Origin: an uncultured Caldilineaceae bacterium
GTDB lineage: Bacteria > Chloroflexota > Anaerolineae > Caldilineales > Caldilineaceae
NCBI GenBank assembly: GCA_964427845.1
Contig: CAYRVP010000003.1
Span: 195 to 64,194 of the forward strand
Direction of reading: 5' to 3'
Length of the DNA stretch: 64,000 nt
Made by a program: the position numbers and the translations under genes
Shown: in pieces, positions 7,640-16,704 of the stretch
Layout of the letters: each line of letters starts with the position of its first letter
How positions within the stretch are numbered: position 1 is the stretch's first letter
Notes under the pieces: model-generated
Seen by the model: the letters and a program-made list of their open reading frames with translations, nothing else
The model's database searches: none
What the model was told of the DNA's origin: nothing

Positions 7640-8314
7640 ATGAGCGAAATCAGCGATACCGATCTGCGCGCCCGCCACTTCATCATCACCGAGCTGGCCG
7701 AAACGGGCCGCGCACCCATGCTCGAAGATGTCGCCATCGAGTTGGGCCTGCGCATGGATGCGCTGCGCGCCACGCTGCAGCGGCTGCATGATGCACACCT
7801 CCTCGTGCTGAGCGGCGACGGCACGCTGTTGATGATCCACCCCTTCTCGAATGTGCCTACGGGCTTCCGCGTCACCAGCGGAGGCACGGGTTATGACGCT
7901 AACTGCGCGTGGGATGCACTGGGCATTCTGGCCGCGCTGCGGCGGGACGGCGTCGCCTCGGCACAGGTGCCCGGTGAGCAGGGCAAGTTCCGCTGCCAGG
8001 TGCGCGACGGGCAGCTTGAGGCAGAGGAAGCCGTTGTGCACTTCCCGTTGCCGCTGCGCCAATGGTACGACGATATTGTTTACACCTGAGCGAACATCCT
8101 GCTCTTCCGGTCGGAAGAGGCTGCAAGTGCATGGTGCGCGGCGCGCGGAATGGCGCAGGGCGCGGTGCTGCCGCTGACCCAGGTGTGGGCGCTGGCGCAG
8201 GCATGGTATGGCAGCCGCCTGGACGCCGGCTATAGCGGCCGGTCGGCCGGCGATGTCGAGTCCATCCTCGCAGGCGTGGGCCTCAATGGCCCCTTCTGGC
8301 GCTTCGCCTCCTAA
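7640..8314 (+). CDS. MerB-like (organomercurial/alkylmercury lyase family) protein with in-frame TGA at codon 150; candidate selenoprotein (alternative: nonsense pseudogene)
   Basis: The 225-codon frame is interrupted only by TGA at 8087..8089. NCAWDAL matches the MerB C96-x-x-D99 motif. The downstream in-frame ANILLFRSEEAASAW...AVLPLTQVWALAQAW matches MerB CHVHFFASVPTAEDW...AIVSVHEAFGLGQEF. The TGA aligns with MerB Cys159. Confidence 0.7.
8102..8119 (+). promoter_or_regulatory. SECIS-like hairpin CUCUUCC-GGUC-GGAAGAG, 12 nt downstream of the in-frame UGA
   Basis: Perfect 7-bp stem with a GGUC tetraloop. Loop sequence and spacing resemble the apical part of the E. coli fdhF SECIS. Confidence 0.5.
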
Positions 8315-8483
8315 CGACAATAAGCCTCGACGCAAAGGCGCAGAAACGCAAAGGAGCGTAAAGAAAAGCAGGGACAAGGAAAAGCACCAAGTCAATGACC
8401 TGGTTATTCCTTGTCCCTGCTTTTCTTTGCGCTCCTTTGCGTTTCTGCGCCTTTGCGTCGAGGCTTGTTGTCGTTAGGAGGCG
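8305..8483. repeat. 179-bp palindrome (77-nt arms, 25-nt loop) spanning stop to stop between convergent genes
   Basis: Arms 8305..8381 and 8407..8483 differ at 2 positions (both T/C, G:U-compatible). Both arms contain GCC TCC TAA, so each flanking gene ends in Ala-Ser-stop encoded by the palindrome. Confidence 0.9.
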
Positions 8484-9265
8484 CCCACCATCAGGCTCAC
8501 CAGTTCGTCACCGTTGGTGTCCCCGGCCATCAGGTCACCCACCTTCTGGCCGCGCCGCATGACGATGATGCGGTCGGCCACCGCAAACACATCCTGCATG
8601 TTGTGGCTAATGATGATCACCGGCACACCCTGTTCGCGCAGCGTCAGCACCAGCTCCTGCACCTTGCGCTGCTCGGGCACACCCAGCGCGGCCGTCGGCT
8701 CGTCCATAATCACAAGTTGCGCGTTCCAGTAAACGGCGCGTGCAATTGCCACCGCCTGCCGCTGGCCGCCCGACATCTGGCGAATCGGGCGCTGCAAGTT
8801 GGGGATGACGATGTCCAGGCGATCGAGCACCTTGAGCGACTCGTCATTCATGCGCTTGCGGTCGACCTGGTTGAAAATCCCCAGATATTTGCGCATGGGC
8901 TCGCGGCCCAGGAAGATGTTGACTGTTGCATCCAGGTTCTCGCACAACGCGAGGTCCTGGTAAATCGTCTCGATGCCCAGTTCGCGCGCCTCCATGGGCG
9001 AGGCCATGGTGATCTCGCGCCCGCTCAGGAAAATCTTGCCATCGTCAGGTTTGTAGACGCCCGAAATCATCTTGATCAGCGTTGACTTGCCGGCGCCGTT
9101 GTCACCAACCAGCCCAAGCACCTCGCCGCGATACATGTCAAAACTTACGTCATCCACGGCAACCAGGCCGCCAAAGCGTTTGACCAGGTGCTCGGCATGT
9201 AGAATCATCTCGCCCCTGTGCTGAGGCGTCACGCGTGTGGAATCATCAATGCGTACGTCACTCAT
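8474..9265 (-). CDS. Sugar ABC transporter ATP-binding protein (single NBD)
   Basis: Walker A GDNGAGKST, signature MSGGQRQ, Walker B LVIMDEPT. GGGAGG lies 6 nt before the ATG. Confidence 0.85.
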   Translation of the reverse strand: MSDVRIDDSTRVTPQHRGEMILHAEHLVKRFGGLVAVDDVSFDMYRGEVLGLVGDNGAGKSTLIKMISGVYKPDDGKIFLSGREITMASPMEARELGIETIYQDLALCENLDATVNIFLGREPMRKYLGIFNQVDRKRMNDESLKVLDRLDIVIPNLQRPIRQMSGGQRQAVAIARAVYWNAQLVIMDEPTAALGVPEQRKVQELVLTLREQGVPVIIISHNMQDVFAVADRIIVMRRGQKVGDLMAGDTNGDELVSLMVGAS

Positions 9266-9278
9266 ATGCGCCTCCCGG

Positions 9279-10367
9279 CTAGCGAGCCAGCTTCTCGCGC
9301 GCCTGGTCGATCAGGACGGCGACAATGATGACGACACCCACGGAAATGAACTGCCAGTAGGGATCTACACGCGTGATGACGAGACCGTTGTTCAGCACGG
9401 CGATGATCAGCGCGCCGATGAAGGTGCCAATCACGGTGCCCGAGCCGCCAAAGAGGGACGCTCCTCCAATCACCACCGCAGCCACCGTGTCGAGCACCAT
9501 AGACTCGCCAGAGTTCGCCGCGCCATTGGTGAAGCGGACGTTGTAGACAAGCCCCGCCAGCGCCGCCATGGTGGCCGACAACATATAGATGAATATGGTT
9601 GTGCGCGCCACAGGGATGCCTGCGCGCAGCGCTGCCTCCTTGTTGCCGCCAATCGCATAGGTGTGCAGACCAAAGCGCGAGCGCGAAAGCACGAGGTGCA
9701 TGATGACAAGCGCAATCACCATCACGATCAACACATAGGGCAGAATATTGATGACGGCCCGCATCTGCGCCTGCTCCAAGCCTGTAAAGCGCTCGAAGAA
9801 GACGTATCCTTTTTCGGGCAGGTATTGCGCCACGTAGCCGTTGCCCAGTTCACCGATGCCGCGCACACGTACAGGTACAGGCAGCCCGCCCGAAAGCAGG
9901 AAGCCCACGCCGCGCGCAATGCCGAACATGCCCAGCGTGGCAATGAAGGGGGGCACATTCAGCTTGGCAACCAGCAGGCCATTGACCAGACCCGCGCCCC
10001 AGGCGGCCACCAGGCCGACAGCCGAGCCGGCCAGCACAATCACCAACATGGAGGTGCCGGGCGCAAAGTAATTCATGACAATGGCTGACACGACGGAGAC
10101 CATGCCCATGATCCAGCCCGCCGAGAGGTCAATGCCGCCCGAGATAATGACATAGGTCTGACCGATCGCAATGATCGTCAGAATGGACATGTTGGCCAGA
10201 ATGTTCTGGAAATTGGCGAGCGAAAAGAATGCAGTGCCGCCCGTCATGCTGAAGGTAATGATCAGCAGGGCGAGAAAGAGCCAGGCCCATATGGAGCTGA
10301 GCACTTCGAGGAAGGATCGTCTTGAGGCGGGAGGAGCCTCAGTCTGAGTCGTTGCAAGGGTTGCCAT
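9279..10367 (-). CDS. Sugar ABC transporter permease (RbsC/branched-sugar type)
   Basis: Polytopic membrane protein, operonic between the NBD and SBP genes. Start set at ATG 10367 (MATLATTQ...); the ORF is open to 10508. Confidence 0.8.
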   Translation of the reverse strand: MATLATTQTEAPPASRRSFLEVLSSIWAWLFLALLIITFSMTGGTAFFSLANFQNILANMSILTIIAIGQTYVIISGGIDLSAGWIMGMVSVVSAIVMNYFAPGTSMLVIVLAGSAVGLVAAWGAGLVNGLLVAKLNVPPFIATLGMFGIARGVGFLLSGGLPVPVRVRGIGELGNGYVAQYLPEKGYVFFERFTGLEQAQMRAVINILPYVLIVMVIALVIMHLVLSRSRFGLHTYAIGGNKEAALRAGIPVARTTIFIYMLSATMAALAGLVYNVRFTNGAANSGESMVLDTVAAVVIGGASLFGGSGTVIGTFIGALIIAVLNNGLVITRVDPYWQFISVGVVIIVAVLIDQAREKLAR

Positions 10368-10516
10368 GCGTGAGGTTTCCTGGACTTCGGCGAAGCGGTC
10401 GCACGTGCATGCGTCACCGAACAGCGCGCAGCGTGGCCGTATGGATGCGCAGGGCGCGCATGATTTGGAGAAGCGGGTGGGGAGCGATTGTGACCGCTCC
10501 CCACCCATGGACTCAA

Positions 10517-11566
10517 CTACTCACTCTTGTAGATAGCGTTCTGCGAGGCTTCGGTGTCCACGTTGTCACGTGTTATGACCTGATAGCCGGTCGGGTAGCG
10601 CTTCTGGATCTTGTCCATCTCGCCGGCCTTGGCAGCGACGGCGTAGTCGATGCAGGTCTGGCCCATCTCGTAGGGCAACTGGGCGATGACGAGGTCAACC
10701 ACACCGTCGCGCAGGTCCTGAATAGCGGCTTCCGGTGCATCGAAGGCGGCAACCTTCACCACGCCTGAGAGACCGGCATTCTTGACGGCCTGGGCTGCAC
10801 CTTCGGCGCTGAAGAGGTTGGCGCCGAAGACGCCGCCCAGGTCCGGGTGTACCTGAAGAAGGGCTGCGGTCTGCTCGGCGGCTTTGGCGGCGCTGTCTTC
10901 GTTATAGTCGACGCCCACCAGTTCGACTGCGCCACCGGTAGCCTCAACGGCCTCGCGACAACCCTGCTCGCGCTGGTCGGTGGTGCTGATGCCGGGGCGC
11001 ACATTCTGGATGTAAAGCTTGCCCGCACCACCCATGGCCTCGATGATAGCCGTGCAGGCGATCGTGCCGCCTTCAACATTGTTCGAGCCAATGTAGGAGA
11101 GCGGGAACTGGACGTCGCCGGTGGTGTAATCGCCGGCGGTGTCACCAATGAAGGTGTCGACGCTGAAGATGTTGATGCCCGCTTCGGAGGCGGCCTTCAG
11201 CGGCTCGATGAAGGCCTGCTTGTCGGTGGCGGCCACGCAGATCGCATCCGGCTTGGAGGCCACGACGGCATCCAGAATCGGGCGCTGCAGGACGGCATCG
11301 AACTGTGCAGGGCCATCGGCCGTGAAGTCGATATTACCCAACTCGGCGGCCCTGGCGCGCGCGCCGGCTTCCATGGTCACGTAGAAACCGTCACCCTTGA
11401 CGCCATAGACCAACGCGACCTTGACGGGCTCACTTGCGGCCGGGGCGGCTGCGGCAGCGTCTGCCGGGGCAGCGGCGGGCGCAACCGGCGCCACACATGC
11501 CGTGAAGAGCATGGCCAGAACTACGATCAAACCCAATACCGCAATACGCTTCATATCTCGTACCAT
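10517..11566 (-). CDS. Sugar ABC transporter substrate-binding lipoprotein (RbsB-like periplasmic binding fold)
   Basis: Signal peptide with lipobox (LAMLFTAC), Ala/Pro linker, then a type I periplasmic-binding-protein-like sequence. AAGGAG lies 9 nt before the ATG at 11566. Confidence 0.75.
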   Translation of the reverse strand: MVRDMKRIAVLGLIVVLAMLFTACVAPVAPAAAPADAAAAAPAASEPVKVALVYGVKGDGFYVTMEAGARARAAELGNIDFTADGPAQFDAVLQRPILDAVVASKPDAICVAATDKQAFIEPLKAASEAGINIFSVDTFIGDTAGDYTTGDVQFPLSYIGSNNVEGGTIACTAIIEAMGGAGKLYIQNVRPGISTTDQREQGCREAVEATGGAVELVGVDYNEDSAAKAAEQTAALLQVHPDLGGVFGANLFSAEGAAQAVKNAGLSGVVKVAAFDAPEAAIQDLRDGVVDLVIAQLPYEMGQTCIDYAVAAKAGEMDKIQKRYPTGYQVITRDNVDTEASQNAIYKSE

Positions 11567-11712
11567 GAGCTGAATCTCCTTTGACCTGCCGTATGGAATG
11601 ATGGGTTGGAGCTGATAAACAGTGGGTGCTTGCTTCACGCACAGCGCGCACAGATGCACGTCTCCAGAGGGGAGATCCATTTGGTGCAAACGATTGCGCT
11701 CGGTGTACGGGA

Positions 11713-11741
11713 AGAATAGCGCAGACGCTCAACAGTGTCAA
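11713..11741 (-). promoter_or_regulatory. Promoter TTGACA-17-TATTCT for the sugar ABC operon
   Basis: Minus strand: TTGACA (11741..11736), 17-nt spacer, TATTCT (11718..11713), about 140 nt upstream of the SBP start. Confidence 0.55.
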
Positions 11742-11827
11742 ACGCGGTTCCCGGGCTACTCGTGGGGTTTCTCGAGGGCACGGCGGCGGATGTGCCCAGG
11801 CTCCTGCACTGCACAATAGAACTGCCT

Positions 11828-11979
11828 CGACACAGAGATACTGTGCTTAAAGTCACAGAGGTAACGGAGAAACACAGAGAACAGCAACTGCGCAAATGTT
11901 TCCTCGCAGTTGCTGTTCTCTGTGTTTCTCCGTACCCTCTGTGATCTCTGTGTCGTAGTTCGCTCTGTGTCGTAGTTCG
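11828..11979. repeat. Long imperfect palindrome (purine-rich arm CGGAGAAACACAGAGAACAGCAACTGCG) followed by a perfect 17-nt tandem duplication
   Basis: Inner arms 11865..11892 and 11905..11932 are perfect. Outer arms CGACACAGAGAT (11828..11839) and ATCTCTGTGTCG (11944..11955) pair, with a 14-nt insertion in the left arm. CTCTGTGTCGTAGTTCG occurs twice in tandem (11946..11962, 11963..11979). Confidence 0.85.
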
Positions 11980-11989
11980 CTGTTCGTTG

Positions 11990-13474
<1,485 letters not shown>

Positions 13475-13501
13475 GAGCCGGCATTTCGTGGTTGTCTTTG
13501 G

Positions 13502-14791
13502 CTATGAGAGGTACTGGGAGTAGGGGTAGATCTTCCACTTGTCCAGCTCCTTGCCGTTGAGGTAAACATGCGTGTCGCTCCAGTTCATCGCATATTCCCA
13601 CAATTGCCAGAAGCGGCGCATCTCCGACTTCTTGAGGTGCACGCGATGGACCACATGGCGATGTTCATCGACGAGCGCACTGTAGCCGGGCAACCGCTGC
13701 GCCTGTTTGAGCGCAAACTCGAAGTATTCGGAGCGACTGTGGCCAAACTCGAGGATTAGCGTCCACGTGGCGGCCTCGGACTCGGACTCCTCGGCGCGAG
13801 GGGCTGCCGGCGCAACGGCCAACGGCACATCATCGAGCATTTCGACCAGCAAAGGCGCGAGCCAGGGCTGTACATCAGGCTGTGCAAAGGCGAGGCGCAG
13901 GTCGCGGTGGGCGCAGCGCCAGGGCTGCGCCATGCCTGCCAAGTCGGCGGCGCCTATCGTAGCAAGCGGCTCGGCGTCATCCTGTGCGTGCGGAGCGACC
14001 GTATCGCGCGGTGCACGCGGCGCAGGTGCGGCGGCGTGCAAGGCATGGACGAGCGGGTCCACGCCCAGGCTTTCGCACAGCGAGCGCAGGCGCAGCGCCA
14101 CAACGTTCTCATCCAGCTTCGCGTCGCTGATGCCCCACAAGCGCGCCACGGCCAGCACCTCGGCCGCGGTCAGCGGCGCGCCCAGCAACGCCTGCCATCC
14201 GAGCGCCACACCTGCCACCTCCGGCGGGGGCCGGCCTTCGACAAGCCATGCCGCGATCTGCGCGCCATCGCCCTGCAGCAAAAACGCAAGCAGCAGCGTG
14301 CGGGCGCGCTGTTCGTGGGCGAGCCAATGAGGCCACACTTCCAGCGCACGCAGGGCGGCAATTGTCTGCTCAAGTCGCGGGCGGCTATCGGTTGCCACGG
14401 CGTCAATCAGCGCGCTCTCGACTTGCGCAAGGTAGAGCGTCTGGAAGCTGGGCGGCGCAAGTTGCTCAGGACTCTCCAGCCAAAGCAGGAAGCGGCTGCG
14501 TGCCTCCGCGTTCAGCCCCACATAGCCCAGGCCGGCGGCTGGCCACTCGCTGGGCGGATAGGGGCGACCGGGCAGAAGGTCCGCAGGCACGCGCGCGAGT
14601 GCAGGGTCAATGAGCGCGAAATCCTCAAGTGGCGCCGTGCTCGCCGGGCGCAGCGAGATGCCACGCGCCGCAAGATGCGCGGCCGCCTTGGGCAGCAACT
14701 GCTGCAGCGGTGCATCGCGCCCGCCAATGCGCGCCAGTGGATTGGTCGTCAGCGGCTGAATGGATGGTGCGGGCGACTGCGTGGTTGCCAT
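13502..14791 (-). CDS. Hypothetical protein (about 430 aa), first gene of the operon with the Ycf46-like ATPase
   Basis: Ends 27 bp upstream of the AAA+ gene. Start set at ATG 14791, which lies 6 nt after a TACAAT -10 box. No recognisable motif. Confidence 0.55.
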   Translation of the reverse strand: MATTQSPAPSIQPLTTNPLARIGGRDAPLQQLLPKAAAHLAARGISLRPASTAPLEDFALIDPALARVPADLLPGRPYPPSEWPAAGLGYVGLNAEARSRFLLWLESPEQLAPPSFQTLYLAQVESALIDAVATDSRPRLEQTIAALRALEVWPHWLAHEQRARTLLLAFLLQGDGAQIAAWLVEGRPPPEVAGVALGWQALLGAPLTAAEVLAVARLWGISDAKLDENVVALRLRSLCESLGVDPLVHALHAAAPAPRAPRDTVAPHAQDDAEPLATIGAADLAGMAQPWRCAHRDLRLAFAQPDVQPWLAPLLVEMLDDVPLAVAPAAPRAEESESEAATWTLILEFGHSRSEYFEFALKQAQRLPGYSALVDEHRHVVHRVHLKKSEMRRFWQLWEYAMNWSDTHVYLNGKELDKWKIYPYSQYLS

Positions 14792-14797
14792 GGCCCC

Positions 14798-14826
14798 ATT
14801 GTACAAGAGCGCGCACACGCGCCCAA
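14798..14826 (-). promoter_or_regulatory. Promoter TTGGGC-17-TACAAT, 6 nt before ATG 14791 (leaderless)
   Basis: Minus strand: TTGGGC (14826..14821), 17-nt spacer, TACAAT (14803..14798). Confidence 0.5.
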
Positions 14827-14914
14827 TTGTCGGCGGCGCAAGCCGCGCGCCACCCGCTGCGGCGGCGTCAAAATTGCCCGGCGCGCCCTGTGTCTTTCCC
14901 GATTTCCCTCGAGA

Positions 14915-14923
14915 TGGTAGACT
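14915..14923 (+). promoter_or_regulatory. Extended -10 promoter TGgTAGACT, 7 nt before ATG 14931 (leaderless)
   Basis: TG at 14915..14916, TAGACT at 14918..14923. Divergent from the promoter at 14798..14826. Confidence 0.45.
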
Positions 14924-14930
14924 GGACACC

Positions 14931-16043
14931 ATGAACCTTTGGCTCGTCGTCCGATTTCTGGTCGGTTTGGTGTTGCTTGTCTTTGGCGCAGAACTGCTTG
15001 TGCGTCAGGCCGCGCGCATAGCCCAGAATTTTGGCATTGCTCCCGTTGTTGTGGGGTTGACGGTGGTCGCGTTCGGCACCAGTGCGCCCGAATTGGCCAT
15101 CGGCCTGCAGTCAACCCTGGCGGGTTCGGGTGACATTGCCATCGGCAACGTGGTCGGCAGCAACATCGCAAACATCCTTCTCATCCTGGGCATCTCCGCT
15201 ACAATCACGCCCATGCTCGTGGCACAGCAGCTGATCCGGTTCGACGTGCCCATCATGATCGGCGCATCGTTTCTCTTCTACTGGATGAGCTGGAACGGAA
15301 TCATCAGCCGCACGGAAGGGGTCATCCTGGCGCTGCTGCTGGTTGCTTACATCGCCTTTGTGGTGATACAGGCGCGCCGGTCGAGCTACATGGTCACGCG
15401 CGAATATGAAGAGAGCCTGGCGGAGACCGGCGCCGAGGTGCGCGGCGGCATTGTCACGCGCCTCGCAATCCTTGTTGCCGGCCTTCTCGTCATGGTTCTG
15501 GGTGCGCGCTTCCTCGTCGGCAGCGCGTCGGACATGGCGCGTTCACTGGGTGTGAGCGAACTTATCATCGGCCTGACGATTGTTGCCATCGGCACATCCG
15601 CCCCTGAACTGGCTACCTCGATCGTCGCTTCCTTGCGCGGCCAACGCGACATCGCAGTGGGCAACGTTGTGGGCAGCAACATCTTCAATCTGCTCTTTGT
15701 GCTGGGCGCAACGGCTGTGGCATCACCAAAGGCGCTGGTGGTATCGCCACCGGCACTGGCTTTCGACATTCCCTTCATGTGCGCCGTTGGGCTGGCCTGC
15801 CTGCCCGTCTTCTTCGCCGGCTCGGCCGTGCGTCGGCCCGAGGGGCTGATCTTCCTCGCCTACTATGCGGCCTACACCGCCTACCTGTACATGTCGGCCG
15901 CCAGCCTCGAGTTGTTGCCCCGCTTCAGTCGCGTGATGCTGGTCTACGTTGTTCCACTCACCGTGCTGGGGATTGGGCTGGCGGTTGCGGCTGAAATCAA
16001 ACGCCGCCGCGCGCCCGCCACGGCTACGGCGCAAACGAGCTAG
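14931..16043 (+). CDS. CaCA-family cation/Ca2+ exchanger (YrbG-like)
   Basis: Two alpha-repeats, each with GTSAPEL(A) and GNVVGSNI motifs; polytopic membrane protein. Confidence 0.85.
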   Translation: MNLWLVVRFLVGLVLLVFGAELLVRQAARIAQNFGIAPVVVGLTVVAFGTSAPELAIGLQSTLAGSGDIAIGNVVGSNIANILLILGISATITPMLVAQQLIRFDVPIMIGASFLFYWMSWNGIISRTEGVILALLLVAYIAFVVIQARRSSYMVTREYEESLAETGAEVRGGIVTRLAILVAGLLVMVLGARFLVGSASDMARSLGVSELIIGLTIVAIGTSAPELATSIVASLRGQRDIAVGNVVGSNIFNLLFVLGATAVASPKALVVSPPALAFDIPFMCAVGLACLPVFFAGSAVRRPEGLIFLAYYAAYTAYLYMSAASLELLPRFSRVMLVYVVPLTVLGIGLAVAAEIKRRRAPATATAQTS

Positions 16044-16050
16044 CCCGCTG

Positions 16051-16689
16051 GTGACCGCTGCTCAGCGATATCCCATCCCTGCCCAAACGCATCGCGTCGA
16101 GGAAGAAATAGTGCGCAGCCGCTTCATCACGACGCTTGGCCACACACCCACACTCGAAGTGGCACGCGCGTTCATTGCGCATGTCTCGGCCGAGTTTGCC
16201 GATGCCTCGCACAGCTGTTGGGCCTATGTCGTAGGCCCGCCAGGCAGCACCGCACAGATCGGCATGAGTGACGCAGGCGAGCCCCACGGCACGGCCGGTC
16301 GCCCCATGCTCAACGTGCTGCTGCACAGCAACGTGGGCGATATTTGCGCCGTTGTGACGCGCTACTTTGGCGGCACGCTGCTGGGCAAGGGCGGACTCGT
16401 GCGGGCGTACAGTGGCGGCGTCGCACTGGCGCTCGCAAACCTGCCCACAAGTGAGCGCATTCCCAAGGCGACGCTGCGGCTTGTCATTGACTATGCGGCG
16501 ATCGCGCCGCTGCGACGGCTGCTGCCCGCATTCGAAGGCGTTCTGCTGGACGAGAACTTCGCTGCCGAGTTCACCTGCCGCATTGAACTGCCTGCTGCGC
16601 GCGTAGGCGACTTCACCGCCGCCGTCATCGACATGACGAGCGGCAACGCACTCATCGATCCACTTGCGCCCTTTGCCGGCGAATCCTGA
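16051..16689 (+). CDS. YigZ/IMPACT-family protein (UPF0029)
   Basis: [51 protein letters not shown]. Start proposed at GTG 16051, just after the upstream stop. Confidence 0.75.
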   Translation: MTAAQRYPIPAQTHRVEEEIVRSRFITTLGHTPTLEVARAFIAHVSAEFADASHSCWAYVVGPPGSTAQIGMSDAGEPHGTAGRPMLNVLLHSNVGDICAVVTRYFGGTLLGKGGLVRAYSGGVALALANLPTSERIPKATLRLVIDYAAIAPLRRLLPAFEGVLLDENFAAEFTCRIELPAARVGDFTAAVIDMTSGNALIDPLAPFAGES

Positions 16690-16704
16690 AAGACGAGACT
16701 ATCG

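Noticed and set aside
3652-8314. S8 protease + small protein + SNF2 helicase + MerB-like gene as an antiphage defence island.
   Set aside because: The genes are divergently or independently transcribed from their own promoters. No nuclease, methylase or other hallmark defence component is present, and the flanks are housekeeping. The evidence is insufficient.
8087-8314. MerB-like gene as a simple frameshifted pseudogene, or two separate genes (7640..8089 plus a downstream ORF).
   Set aside because: The downstream homologous segment is in the same frame, with no indel and no independent start or Shine-Dalgarno. The single TGA falls on the catalytic Cys column and is followed by a SECIS-like hairpin. 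A recent nonsense mutation cannot be fully excluded without the checks listed in the findings.
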